64,000 nucleotides of DNA from Macrostomum hystrix (taxonomy: Eukaryota > Animalia > Platyhelminthes), in the NCBI GenBank assembly GCA_950097015.1, contig CATNEN010000041.1, forward strand, positions 2,604,001-2,668,000. The letters run 5' to 3'. Position numbers and translations under genes: made by a program. The notes below the pieces were generated by a model, which worked only from the letters and a program-made list of their open reading frames with translations, was not told the origin of the DNA and ran no database searches. Shown here in pieces: positions 20,881-33,505 of the stretch. Position 1 is the first letter of the stretch; each line of letters opens with the position of its first letter.

Positions 20881-23139
20881 TGTCTTTGTAAACCTAATGT
20901 GTGTAATTTATTAAATTCTACCCAGCCACATCTGCTATTATTAAATACATTTCACAAGAGTACTGGCTCAAATCTCACTAATTTTATATAGTTTCCCTTT
21001 ATCCTAATTAATTTGTTTGTAATTTTAAGTCTGCCTAAAATAGTTAAAATATTATTTTATAAAAGTATAACTGATCTTAATAGATATACAATACTCTGTC
21101 AAGACATGGCTAAATATGCTACCTAATTTATTAACAATAGCTAGTAAATTTACTATAGATACACTTTAGAAAAACACAAATCTTAATATAAACTAATCCT
21201 AATATATTACATCACTAAAAACGTACATTATTAATTTTATGTGCTTAGATAAGTACTGCTTAAACTAAATATATTATTATATTTATAGTTCTCTTTAGTA
21301 GCAATATACATAGTTTTAAGCCAATTTATAATTATAAAAGCAATTTAGAGGTTTTGCTTATCATCTGGTTTAATAAATAGATTCAACTAATAAAGATGGC
21401 CAAAGTTTAGATCCTTTGTTATTTTACTGAACTTAAATATAGATGATACAATTGAAACAAGCTATTACCATAATAATAACGTTTATTTGACATAAAAATT
21501 GAGCATAAAAATATAGCTAACAAACTATCAATATATGCAAAACAATTTTTATAAGCATATAGGCCTAGACCCAGCCATTTAGAAATATAAACTTAGTATT
21601 TTTAACTCTACAATGGTATAAAAACAGTAAACGAAATGAAAAATATTTAAAACTATCCTACTTGTTATTAAAGATATTCAGGCCTGCTATTAATATTATA
21701 AGATAATGTATTAAATTAAAAACCTGTTACATTACTAAACAAAACAGGCAATGAAAAAGTTGCCTAAAATTAACATTAAGTTTAAAGCATCAACATTTTA
21801 AATTTATACATAGCTATAAAAATAAAAGTTAAAATAAAGTTAAAAAGAAAAGTAGGCCCCCCTTCTCTACACATTTGGGTCAGATAGGCCAATACAGCAA
21901 GAGATCTAGCCTCTGAAATTTTATGGAAAATCTGAATTTCTGAAAGCTAAAAACTCTACAGAACTTGACAGCATATAACTGTATGTTTAGTCAATACAGT
22001 TAGTTAAGTTAAGATTCAAGTTGAGAGGCTGCCATACCCACCTCAATTTCTATCTTAGGTGGCCCTAGCGAATCCCAATTTGTTTGGTACAATTTATATA
22101 AATTGGTAAACTAAAGCAATTGGTGCCATGTTTGAGATATCTTTATTTATGGACACGATATTTTTCCTAGGGCAAAAATTAATTTTAGCATGCAATTAGC
22201 ATGCCAAAGCTAGCTATGCATTTGATAATGTAATGACATGACATCCACAACGAAAGTCAAGAATAGGTCTATGAAGTATAGAAATCTGGCGTGGAACAAA
22301 ATTAATTGTAACTTCCTTCCTTTCTTCAGTACATACAGACAATATACAAAATAACTGGCAGCGAAATTTTTACGAAACTATCGCAGGCATGTATCTGTAT
22401 ATAGTCACGCGCGCGAAAAAACCAGGAATGATCAAGCTTTTAATAGAAATTATAGGCTTTTTTCGTTATTAACGAGTACGCCTTTTTAGGGTTTCTTAGT
22501 TTTTAACTCATTGTTGCATAATGCAGTGCATCAAGCTCAAAGCAAGCGAAAGCACCAACAGAGAGAAAGTTTTTGCTGATGTTAAGAATCACTGACAAGA
22601 GCATCGTAGGAGATCCTGTCAACCAGACGATTCGAGATAGATTCCCATGGTGTCTAATAGTACATTCTTGCTATAAATCATCAAGTGCGGCTTATTCCGG
22701 TTGGAATTACTTTTCAAATCATGTCCAAACACCAGAATTAACTCTTAGTGAATAACCACAGAGCACAAGGTTCGAAAGCCCTAAAAAGATACTATTCGAC
22801 ATGACGAATAAGGACTGACGAAACTGCCCCTAAAAATGTGGCTCAAAAAGCTCGTATTTTTTCAAATATGCATTTGCTATTTAAATTACAGCAGTTCTGT
22901 GCGTTAAAAATAGCTTTGCAGCCTATTTACATTTGCAGTAAGCTACAAGTATATATATACGCAAAATTATTTAAGTTTTAAAACCTTAAAAATTAAGGGT
23001 TTATTATATATTCTGCAGTAGCTTGCCGAAATTATGTTTAAAGGGAATTAAAATTTCTTGAGTTTGGAGTGGTGCTACATATAGTATTACCCTGGAAGTT
23101 TACAGCTAATTATCAAAAGTAAAATAGTTTTGCTGTATC

Positions 23140-24001
23140 AGTTCGGGGTCTATGAAATTTGCCCGCGGGAAATTTGCCCGCCGAAGTTTGCTCGCGCGAA
23201 GTTTGCCCGCCGAAGTTTGCCCGCCGAGGTTTGACCGCGCAAAGTTTGCCCGCCGAAGTTTGACCGCTGAAGTTTGACCGCGCAAAGTTTGCCCGCCGAG
23301 GTTTGCCCGCCGAATTTTTCCCGCAGAAGTTTGCCCACGCGAAGCTTGCCCACCGAGGATTGCCACCCGCTAAAAGTTGTACACCCTTTGTGCCATTTTT
23401 ACGGTAAGTTTGATCAATCTTCTGTTTTACGCTCATACGTAGAGTCTTTTGACCAAAAATTGTTTCCGAAAGGCTTATCGAGGCTACCACACTGTAAATC
23501 ATAAAGGTCCGAATAAAGGTCCGAAGGAGGTCCAAACTTGAAGGTCCGGAGCGTCGAAATAGCGGACCATAATAGGTCCGTATTTTTGAAGGTTCGAATT
23601 ATAAGGTCCGAATTATTGGTCCTAAAGTGCATGGTCCATACTTTTAAAGGGTCCGAATTTTTAGGGGAGTGTTAATATTTTGACTTAATGCAAAATGCTG
23701 TCTCGCGTTGCTACACAAATGTAGTGTCCCGTTCATGACCGAAATACGAAAGCTTTTGCTCACAAAAGCAAAACAAATGTCAATTATATAGTGATTGACA
23801 CAATGGTATAGGCGGTATGCCTAACACATGGAAGATACCTGGAGGATACAAATTGCAATGACTTTGTAGTTTTACAAAATTGTAATGCTAATGAATGTAG
23901 TAATACAAAAAGTATATTGACAAATTTTGCTTAATAAAGTTGTCTAGGAGTCTAGAAATTCGGCGGGCAAACCTCGGCGGGCAAATTTCCCGCGGGCAAA
24001 C
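23140..24001. mobile_element. Non-autonomous foldback/MITE-like element with subterminal repeats
   Basis: Perfect 27-bp inverted repeat 23158-23184 vs 23974-24000; array of tttgcccgccgaag motifs at 23158-23350; internal ggtccgaa motif cluster at 23510-23660; no transposase. Confidence 0.6.
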
Positions 24002-24285
24002 ATCGTACTCCCATTTCACTGAACAACAAAGGTCAGCTGTGAATGTATTTTTGTCTAAACCAGATTCCACAGGATCAGATCGGTTGCATTGCACATGTAA
24101 ATGCAAGCTGCGGGCCACTGCAAGTGGCTCGTGGTTTAAGACCTGTTCAAGCCGGTTTTATTACACTATTCTAAGCAGGGTTTCTGCATTTGTGGGGTGG
24201 TGGGTGCGCCTGACCACTCCAATTGGCGGACGGGTTTGTAGCCCGGTACAGTAGAGGGCTTAAGTCTCACCGTGCTCGGCTGTCC

Positions 24286-24336
24286 GACCAATCACCACCC
24301 TCTGTGCATGACGCATTTCTCCGCGGAATATATAAG
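24286..24336 (+). promoter_or_regulatory. Probable core promoter of the secreted-protein gene (CCAAT, TGACGCA, TATA)
   Basis: ccaat near 24288, tgacgca at ~24309 and tatataag at 24329-24336, ~110 nt upstream of ATG 24442. Confidence 0.5.
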
Positions 24337-24441
24337 TGTATTTTACTCTGGCTGACTGAACAAGCTGCCTCTCTGCCAAAATAAATCATCGTCCACTGGT
24401 GCTGCGAGTGTGAAATAGTTTCAATCGGCAACTAATTTAGA

Positions 24442-25533
24442 ATGGTAAGCGGATCACGTATTTGTTTCGCCTCCTTTGGTCGATGAAACTCAAAAGTATC
24501 CGTAAACTTACAATCTTACAAGTATACTTAGCCGCTAGTTACTAAATTTCTAATCACTGGCTTAGGTATTATCCGATATACTAACAGTTAGATATCTCCA
24601 GTGGCTGCTTTAATCGATTGAACTCATTAACATAAAATCCTAATCGCAGGTGTCCAGTGTTTATGTCGCTGCATGTCTCCTCTTTCTGGCTGGTGGCTAT
24701 TTGGTTCACGGCAGGTGAGAAGGCGCTTCAGTTTTTGCTCTAGAAAAACTAGTTGCCTACGTGCAGAATGCTTCGGAATGCTTTACTTTGAGTTGACCTT
24801 GTGGGCTTCATTTAAATTAGCACGAGAGCGAAGCGCTGCAATAGTATCTTAATTCATAAGACCTAGCTGATTGCATGCCAGCAACGCTAGTCTCAACCCT
24901 TCCATCGTCCTTAGCACCATACCAAGCACTGACGAAGCAACCAGCAGCTCAGGGTTTTCCTTCGCCACCGAGGCCACCAGCGGTGCCGAGATCTCCAGCA
25001 CCGAGGCCACCAGAGCGGAATTCTCCAGCACCGGGGCGCCAGCAGCCGCCAGTGCGGCGGTCAGTCCCGTGAAGCCCTCAGTCGCGGCGGCCAGCGGCAA
25101 GCCGGTGCAGCTGTACAACGCTGCCTCCGACCAGTACGTGTTCGTCAGCAGGGACAAGCTTGGCAGTCCGCCTGACGATGTGCTGAAGACTCGCAAGCTG
25201 GACGCGCCGGCTGAAGCCAGGACTCTGTTCGTGCTGCAGTCTGTGGGCAACGACCGCTACCGCATCTTCAACTCAGCCACTGAGCAGCGCCTGTTCGTGT
25301 CCAATGACCGCATCGCTTCCGACCGCGTGGTCGAGGCACGCAAGGGCATCGACGAGGCGCGAACTGAGTTCGAGTTCGTGAGCGCCGGCAACAATCAGTA
25401 CTACATCTACAGCCCCAGCTTCGGCGAGTACCTGTTCGTGTCCAGCAACATCATCGAGGGCGAGAAGGTGTTGCAGAGCCGCGCCAACCGAGGCGAGGAG
25501 CACAGCAAGTTCACTCTGCTGTCGTCCTCCTGA
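24442..25533 (+). CDS. Secreted protein, 239 aa: signal peptide, Ser/Thr/Ala-rich linker, three ~47-aa repeats (beta-trefoil-like)
   Basis: Exons 24442-24444 (ATG|gtaagc), 24650-24714 (VSSVYVAACLLFLAGGYLVHG, ag|gtgaga) and 24882-25533; phases compatible. Repeats share Y-x-I-[FY]-[NS]...[QE]-[YR]-[LV]-FVS...[DE]-x-V...R...F. Confidence 0.8.
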
Positions 25534-26099
25534 GCATTTTCTCTGTTTTATGTTTTATTTTATAAGAAAGTGACTTCTTAACACTGAGTGGCAATCAATC
25601 AGTTTTACTTTTCCTATGCCATACAAATACTGATGCTTCGCAAATAAATGAAAAATCGAAAGATTAAAACCAGCAAAATCATATGCGCTTTTAATTGCGA
25701 AATAATCCGAACAGCGAGACCCTATGAGAATAGACTGTAAGGTAAAACTCCGAACAGCCGAGACCCTATGAGACCCTAACTTCTTGTCTAAGTGTAGTTA
25801 GAATAGTAACAGCACCGGCCGTTTTTATTTCGATAAGTACATTGCAGAGAAATTTTAATATTACGTTTTTGACTGCAGAATAGACTTAACTCAAACTACT
25901 TAACAGTAGTAGAACTACTTCCCCTGGGAAAAGACGACGGGGGTTAAAAATACCCGCTGCCTACTTCACGATAGCTCAGAAACTTAATAAACGATTTTAT
26001 TGAAAATCCACCATATGGACCAAAATTTACGATGAACAAACTTTCAAAGCCGACCGACGCATACTACTGCCAGGACGATGTGCTGAGCTCAAGTGCCAC

Positions 26100-26445
26100 T
26101 GACAGACAGGCAGTCAGACAGACAAGCAGACAGGCAGACAGTCAGACTGGCAGGCAGGCCGACTGACAGGCAGACAGACAGACAGACAGACAGACAGACG
26201 GGCAGGCAGGCAGGCAGACAGGCAGACAGACAGACAGACAGACAGACGGGCAGGCAGGCACACAGACAGACAGGCAGACAGACAGACAGACAGACAGACA
26301 GACGGGCAGGCAGGCAGGCAGACAGACGGGCAGGCAGGCAGGCACACAGACAGACGGGCAGACAGACAGACAGACGGGCAGGCAGGCAGGCAGACAGACG
26401 GGCAGGCAGGCAGGCAGACGGGCAGGCAGGCAGACAGACAGGCAA
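26100..26445. repeat. (CAGA/CAGG)n tetranucleotide microsatellite
   Basis: Directly visible. Confidence 0.95.
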
Positions 26446-26919
26446 GCCATAGTGCAGTTGATCGACATTTAGTTTCGCGATAATAGACGGAAATTGGATT
26501 CGGGCTGAGACAGCACAGAAGGCATCTTGTTTGCTGTCTCCCATGCTGTGCTTGTGACTACCTGGGCACTCGTGGCTCGTGGACTCCGCGACCTTATCAA
26601 TTTGCCGGCAGCAGCGTCAGGTGTCGCTTTTTTCAAGGAAATCACGCAATTAGCATCACGCAACGAGTTCAAATTCTCTTCTCTTTTAGCCAGAATCATG
26701 AGCAGCTGTGGAATGGAATGGCTGGCTGAGTGGCACGTCATAGAACATCGTCTGCTCTCGCCGCGCTGGCTCAGGCTCGAGTGTGACACTCAGCGGAAAA
26801 GACGAGCCTGCACTGGACAGGCTTCTGATTGTACTGCCCACCAGCCTGTCAGCTGACATGTCAGCCACACCTGGCCCGCTTCGGCTTTGCCACCAAGCGA
26901 ATGCGTCAGGTCCTCCAAG

Positions 26920-27290
26920 TAACTCGGAGTGACAGTCCCAGTGATAGTACTAAGAGTGACAGTTTCGGAGTGACAGTCCAAGAGTGAATGTCTCGGATTG
27001 ACACTCTCAGAGTGACAGTCTCGGAGTGAAACTCTTGGAGTGACAATCCTAGAGTGAATGTCTCGGAGTGACACTCTCGGGAAGATAGTCCCGGTGATGG
27101 TCTCGGAGTGACAGTCCTAGAGTGACTGTCCTTGAGTGAATGTATTAAAGTGACAGTCTCGGAGTGACAGTCCTAGAGTGACAGTCCTAGAGTGACTGTC
27201 CTTGAGTGGATGTCTCAAAGTGACAGTCTCGAAGTGACAGTCCTAGAGTGACAGTCCTAGAGTGACAGTCCTAGAGTGATAACCCTCGGA
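26920..27290. repeat. Degenerate gagtgacagtc-based tandem repeat
   Basis: Repeated gagtgacagtc/gagtgaatgtc motifs with variable spacing. Confidence 0.75.
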
Positions 27291-28987
27291 CTGAGGCAGT
27301 GAATGCCAGGAGGAATTGTTCAGTGTCTGTCTCAGTCAATCTGAGCAGCCTTAGGTCTCACATAGGGACTTGCTCGTGTGCGGCTATTATGGGACGTACT
27401 GGAGTACTTTATTGTAGGGAGCACCTCACCTTGAGCAGTGGCATCGGCATGCAGTCAGTATCGCCTCCGCAGGGACATAAAAATGTTGGCTCAACACGCA
27501 GCTCGAGTGATTGAAATGCGCAATGTTTCCTGGCGACATTAACCGACTGTAGCGTCTACCCAGCTAAAATTCGGATCTTGAATTTCACACAGACAGCGCC
27601 AAACGCTCGCACGCAGCTCGAGTTCATATTCCATTGCTGAAGTCGAGCCCCGACAAGACTCAATCCAATCCATCATCTGCGCGAGCTCGCACTCAATTAT
27701 TGATGATCCGGCGTTAATCCGACTTCAAGGCAGGCTGCCGTGTCTAGTGCCGAGCAGTGGGAATTCGCTGAGGGTTTGGACTCTTGCCTTGTTCTTTATT
27801 TTAATTTTAGAAAGAATCTAATTGAAATCATATGTCTCCTTTGACTTTGGGAGGTACTAAAGAGTGCTCAGGTTGTGCTCAAAGAAAAGAGAGTTCATAA
27901 TAAACAGACACAGCCATACTGATGCGTGTGAATCGTATTGAATCATATCCCTGCTCTGGGCAATCTGCGGACTATGCCCAGCTCTGCTACTCAGTCTGGC
28001 CGAGCACAACGCTCGCCAGCTAGCTGCCTGCCGCACCCGGACACGAGTCGCGCTACCGTCCAAAAGTCTGCGTCACCTGTGCCCGCAGGTAGCCACATTT
28101 CATCAGCGGTGTGCCCGCAGGTGTGGCGCCCGCAAGCTTCTTGAACTGCAGGCCTCTGCAGGCTTGGAATGCGTCACGCCCGTCTGCGCGGAGTTGCTTT
28201 CCGTGTTTTTTAATCGATGTTTTTATTTCGTCCTGTGTCCGTTAAAGCAGATTTTTTCTTCCGCTTGCCAACATTTTGAATTATCGCAAGGGATCCTCGC
28301 TTTTAACATCAGAACTACGCTCGTACAAAGGGGATTTCCCCAAAACCTTACAGATTATCTGTGCTGCACCCGAACGGGGCAACGCAAGCACACGGAACTC
28401 AAGAACGCGGGCCAACTTTTTGTTGCGCAATCTTCTAAAACAATAATCAAGTCGCTAGCCATTCAGACAATCGAGATATTCAACGGCTCTGGCCTTCTTC
28501 TAGGCCTTTTCCAGACGGATACTATAAAATTCGAGACCTGTACTGCACTTTATGGGCTTACCAATCTGACAAAACATTTATTAGTGACTCTCGGTGGGCT
28601 CAAAAGCTGATTCAGAGTTCATTCTCCTCAGACAACTGAGAATAATCTCAACTGCGACTCGCTAAAGTGGAGCACTGATTTCTAATCCACTGGAGATCAG
28701 GGACACCTGTGATATCAGGAAACTGTGCTCAGGGAAAGCTCAAATCTACTCGGCTTGGTAAAGCATAGAAACAACAAACAGCAAGCCAGGCCGCCTACTG
28801 CAGATTCACAAACACCGATGGTCTAGTTGACAGTGAGCACAGAGACAGCCAAGAAAAGAATCTACTTGAAAAGAAAACGGCACAGAAAGGTGCGTACTGC
28901 TAGGAGAAAGAGCCCAGTCCAAGATTCTCTGGTTAAGGTCTGCTGCAGACTCAGTTCAGCGGACTGCGAGGCCAGGAGCCATCGGCT

Positions 28988-30830
28988 TCAAACGCTGGCG
29001 CTCTGGTCGCTTTCAACCATCGCCTCCCTGCCGGCGACAAACGGCGCTGGCAGCTCTTCATCGTCGCCCGGACCTCCAGGAGTCGCAGAGTCGGCCGACT
29101 TAGCACCCGCACTGTCGTCGCCGCTGCGCGTCGAGCAGCCGCAGCAACAGCAGCAGCAGCCAAGCAGCCGGCGCTGAAGGCGCACCTGCAGGTTCGGGTT
29201 GGCCAGGATGTAGATGAAGAAGTTCATGGCGGAGTCTAAGGTGGTCATGATGTTCGCCAGCTTCATCAGGCAAGCGCTGGCCGGCCCGTTCGGATCCAGT
29301 ATGACGAAAGCCGCGTCCAGCTTTGACAGGAATGTGGGGAATTCGAACAGGAAGAACACCACCGACAGCGCCACGACGGTGCGGTTGGCCGGAGAGCCAG
29401 CGAAGCGGCGTCGATGGCACCGACGCTCCAGAGCGGCGTCGCAGTCAGAGTCCGCAGCGGCGACGGGATTGCTGGCGGAGGCGGGACCGGAGGCCTGCAG
29501 CCGACGCTGCCGCCTCCTGTCGGCGCGGATCACCGCCCAGGAGATGGCCGCGGAGGAGGCGGACACCAATATGATGGGGCCGCCGGACTGCAGCAGGAAG
29601 AGCAGCACCGTGAGGTAGGCCACTGAGTAGGAGGGGCTGCGCAGCAGCTCGGAGGGCAGCTGGTCCACGAACTGCCCGCTGTCTGCGCAGAATACATAGA
29701 CGAACTCGAAGGCCCGGGGCAAGCCCAGCAGGAAGGCGAGGCCGGTGGCCAGCGGGAAGACCGGCCAGTTGAGACGCCCGCTCCAGGTGGGATAAAGGCG
29801 GTGCGGCGAGGCCACCGCAGCGAGGCGGAGAAGGGCGATGAAGACCACCGTCCAATTGCGGAGGCACTGGGACCAGGCCACGAGAGGCACGCTAAGGCTC
29901 ATCAGCACCGCCAGCAGGTGCGCCCAGCCCACCGAGGCCACCTGCAGAGGCGAGCATGAGAAGTGGCAATTCGCTTTCAGATTGCAAGCGCCAGCTATCA
30001 TAGGCAGAAAATATCAGCTTTGAGCACAAGTGATTCTCCGCGATTGAGACCCTCCAGAGTTTATCTAAACATATTGGATTTTTCTATAGATTCGAATAGG
30101 GCAGAAATATTTCATCACAAAATGCGCTTGGAAGCAGCTGGCGAGCCCGATAATCAAAGGTCTAATCTGCGACCCGGCAACTCCCTCCTGGCCCTCCTGC
30201 GGGCCGATTCGGGCGCCAAAATTTGCTGGGGGGAAGCAAAATAACTATTTCAAGCTGTGCACTCAGGCACTAGTCTCTAAATTCTGGCTAACGTATCTAT
30301 ACGTGACGAAGTAGGTGAGAAATCTATTAAACAGGTGAGCATCCGCACCCTGACCACGGTGAGCCCTGTCTAACAGCACCGAGTCTAACAGTCTATCTCC
30401 GATATTATAGGAACCATGAGCACAACACAGATCCCAGATCCGCAGTCACCTGCAGCCGGTGCGTGATCAGCAGTAGGCAGAGAAAGAAGTGCAAGAACAG
30501 CGCCAGGTTGAAGCCTATCTCAACAGCTGCCAGCCGCAGCAGCAGGCGTAGGTTTCTGCGCAGGCCGCGGCCACCCCCGGCGCCGCCTCCACCAGGGATG
30601 CCGTTGCCACTGAGGCCCCGGACGCGCAGCTGACGATGGCAGAGCGCCAAGCCCCAGGCGTTGACCAGCACGTTCACGATGGACAGTCCGGGCGTGGAGA
30701 CATTGTACATCCACTCCAGCTGGCTCTGCGGCCGACGGTGACTCAGGTTGGCGCAGGAGACGCCGTGAGAGCCCAGCGACTGCGCTCCCGTGTGGTTGTT
30801 CACCACGAGCAGCCACTGGCCTAGAGGCAT
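28988..30830 (-). CDS. Divergent rhodopsin-family (peptide-receptor-like) GPCR, 2 exons (30830-30450, 29941-28988), ~444 aa
   Basis: N-terminal sequons NHT, NLS, NVS; seven hydrophobic segments; TM3 RNWTVVFIALLRL, TM4 LP+RAFEF, TM5 YSVAYLTVLLFLLQSGGPII, TM6 VVALSVVFFLFEFP, TM7 LDSAMNFFIY; Cys-rich tail. Phase-0 intron CAG|gtgact...ctgcag|GTG. Confidence 0.8.
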
Positions 30831-32117
30831 TTCTGGCTGTGCTGTCTGCGCCGAGAGAGCCTCTCAATGTTAGGAGCGCTTTTATCCCGGAACAGCCAAA
30901 GGAGATTGACAATCGTGGGACGAGCCGTGGCAGCCAATGAGAGGCCGCAGTGGGAGGCGGGCCCATGGGCCGCAGCTGCCGCATCACCAGAGTTTTGCTT
31001 CAAAGGCGGTAAAATATGCTTTCGGCCTCAGCCAGTCAGGGAGGCAGGAAATGATTTTCCGGACTTGGGCGATTATCCATGCCTGCAATTTCGCCACAAT
31101 TCCGGCGGGAGGGCCATCCAAGCCTGCCAGGCTCACAGCTGCCCTTGTGTGACGCAGGCGATTGGAAACCTGGGGCCTCAGTTTCAGGCCAGCTTTGGCT
31201 CTTGCCGCCCGCCAGCATCTTTCAGATAAACAGGCTTGCGATGTCGGGTTGCCAGGAGCGATTGGGACAGTTTTAGCAACTGGAAATCCAAGCCCACAAT
31301 AAGCAAAATGGCGCTTTGTTTTAGCGCTCTGGGTCTCGCGTCTTAACAACATAAAATGCGGCAATCATTACCTGCTCACCCATTGTGAGCCTGTGAACCT
31401 GTATCAGTGTATCTGGTTCCTTGCATGCAGTTTGCAAGAAACGATCCAAACCTGGTCTTATTGAACCATTGCTGAGACTTTCTGCCTGACGCACGACTTG
31501 TGATAACAACCGGGGCATAAATTGGGTCAAACTGCTCCAAATCCAGTTTAGCCTTTTTCAGCTTAGACGAGTGCAGCATTGCTTTATTGCGCATTGCGTG
31601 AGCAGATACAATGGCAGAAGTGCAGGTAACTCAACGCCTCCTCCACTCAGCAAAGGATTAAGCCAGATCTGCAGGCAATGTCTGACTAAAGAAACTGTCT
31701 TCACTCACCAAACTGAACTAGTGCAGCTTATTGTGATTGACATTAAAATCCGCACCCCAGAGCTTCAAGTTCATGCAGGACGCACAGCAGCTGAGTTCAT
31801 TACTCAGGGTTTAGGATTATATGTTAAGCTTTTCGCTCTCGATATCGGAGCTCAGAAACTGCCCCGTCGCCTATAAAGCCAGCTGAGCTGACACGCCTGC
31901 AGCAGGTTTGACAAACAAGCAGATTGATGCTCGAGTCAAATCCGCTCAATGCACTGCCGCACAGACTAATAAGATTCTCGGTGCAAGGCTGGGATTAAAT
32001 GTAGGTCCGAATGCAGCAGGCTAGTGGCCAGTCCTGCTATGAGCCACACAGCTGCTTGAGATGACAGCTAGGGTTAGGGACTTCTGACTCAAGCCTCACA
32101 CTGGATGCGGGGCCAAG

Positions 32118-33505
32118 GTCTGTAGACATGGGGATTATCCTCAGCCATTTCATAACCGATTGAAAAACTAATTCTGTAGACATGGGGATTATCCGCAGGC
32201 ATTTCATAACCGATTGAAAAGCTCATTCTGTAGACATGGGGATTATCCTCAGCCATTTCATAACCGATTGAAAAGCTCATTCTGTAGACATGGGGATTAT
32301 CCTCAGCCATTTCATAACCGATTGAAAAACTAATTCTGTAGACATGGGGATTATCCGCAGGCATTTCATAACCGATTGAAAAGCTCATTCTGTAGACATG
32401 GGGATTATCCTCAGCCATTTCATTGCCGATTGAAAAGCTCATTCTGTAGACATGGGGATTATCTGCAGCCATTTCACAACCGATTGAAAAGCTCATTCTG
32501 TAGACATGGGGATTATCCTCAGCCATTTCACAACCGATTGAAAAGCTCATTCTGTAGACATGGGGATTATCCGCAGCCATTTCATAGCCGATTGAAAAAC
32601 TCATTCTGTAGACATGGGGATTATCCGCAGCCATTTCATTACCGATTGAAAAACTCATTCTGTAGACATGGGGATTATCCGCAGTCATTTCACAACCGAT
32701 TGAAAAGCTCATTCTGTAGACATGGGGATTATCCGCAGCCATTTCATAGCCGATTGAAAAACTCATTCTGTAGACATGGGGATTATCCGCAGCCATTTCA
32801 TAACCGATTGAAAAGCTCATTCTGTAGACATGGGGATTATCCGCAGCCATTTCATTACCGATTGAAAAACTCATTCTGTAGACATGGGGATTATCCGCAG
32901 TCATTTCACAACCGATTGAAAAACTCATTCTGTAGACATGGGGATTATCCTCAGCCATTTCATAACCGATTGAAAAGCTCATTCTGTAGACATGGGGATT
33001 ATCCTCAGCCATTTCATTGCCGATTGAAAAGCTCATTCTGTAGACATGGGGATTATCCGCAGCCATTTCATAACCGATTGAAAAGCTCATTCTGTAGACA
33101 TGGGGATTATCCTCAGCCATTTCATAGCCGATTGAAAAGCTCATTCTGTAGACATGGGGATTATCCGCAGCCATTTCATAACCGATTGAAAAACTCATTC
33201 TGTAGACATGGGGATTATCCGCAGCCATTTCATAACCGATTGAAAAGCTCATTCTGTAGACATGGGGATTATCCGCAGCCATTTCACAACCGATTGAAAA
33301 ACTCATTCTGTAGACATAAGGATTATCCGCAGCCATTTCACAACCGATTGAAAAACTCATTCTGTAGACATGGGGATTATCCTCAGCCATTTCATAACCG
33401 ATTGAAAAGCTCATTCTGTAGACATGGGGATTATCCGCAGCCATTTCATAGCCGATTGAAAAACTCATTCTGTAGACATGGGGATTATCCTCAGCCATTT
33501 CATAA
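32118..33505 (-). repeat. 54-bp minisatellite, ~26 copies, open on the minus strand as (YEMAEDNPHVYRMSFSIG)n
   Basis: Unit tagacatggggattatcctcagccatttcataaccgattgaaaagctcattctg. Confidence 0.92.

Noticed and set aside
19950-22400. NUMT or organellar insert in the very AT-rich stretch
   Set aside because: No recognisable mitochondrial gene, rRNA or tRNA; similar AT-rich DNA occurs at 35100-38900.
30984-32090. Additional gene upstream of the GPCR (ORFs 30984-31364, 31321-31530, 31571-31876)
   Set aside because: Short ORFs with no recognisable motif, and I could not build a phase-consistent exon chain.
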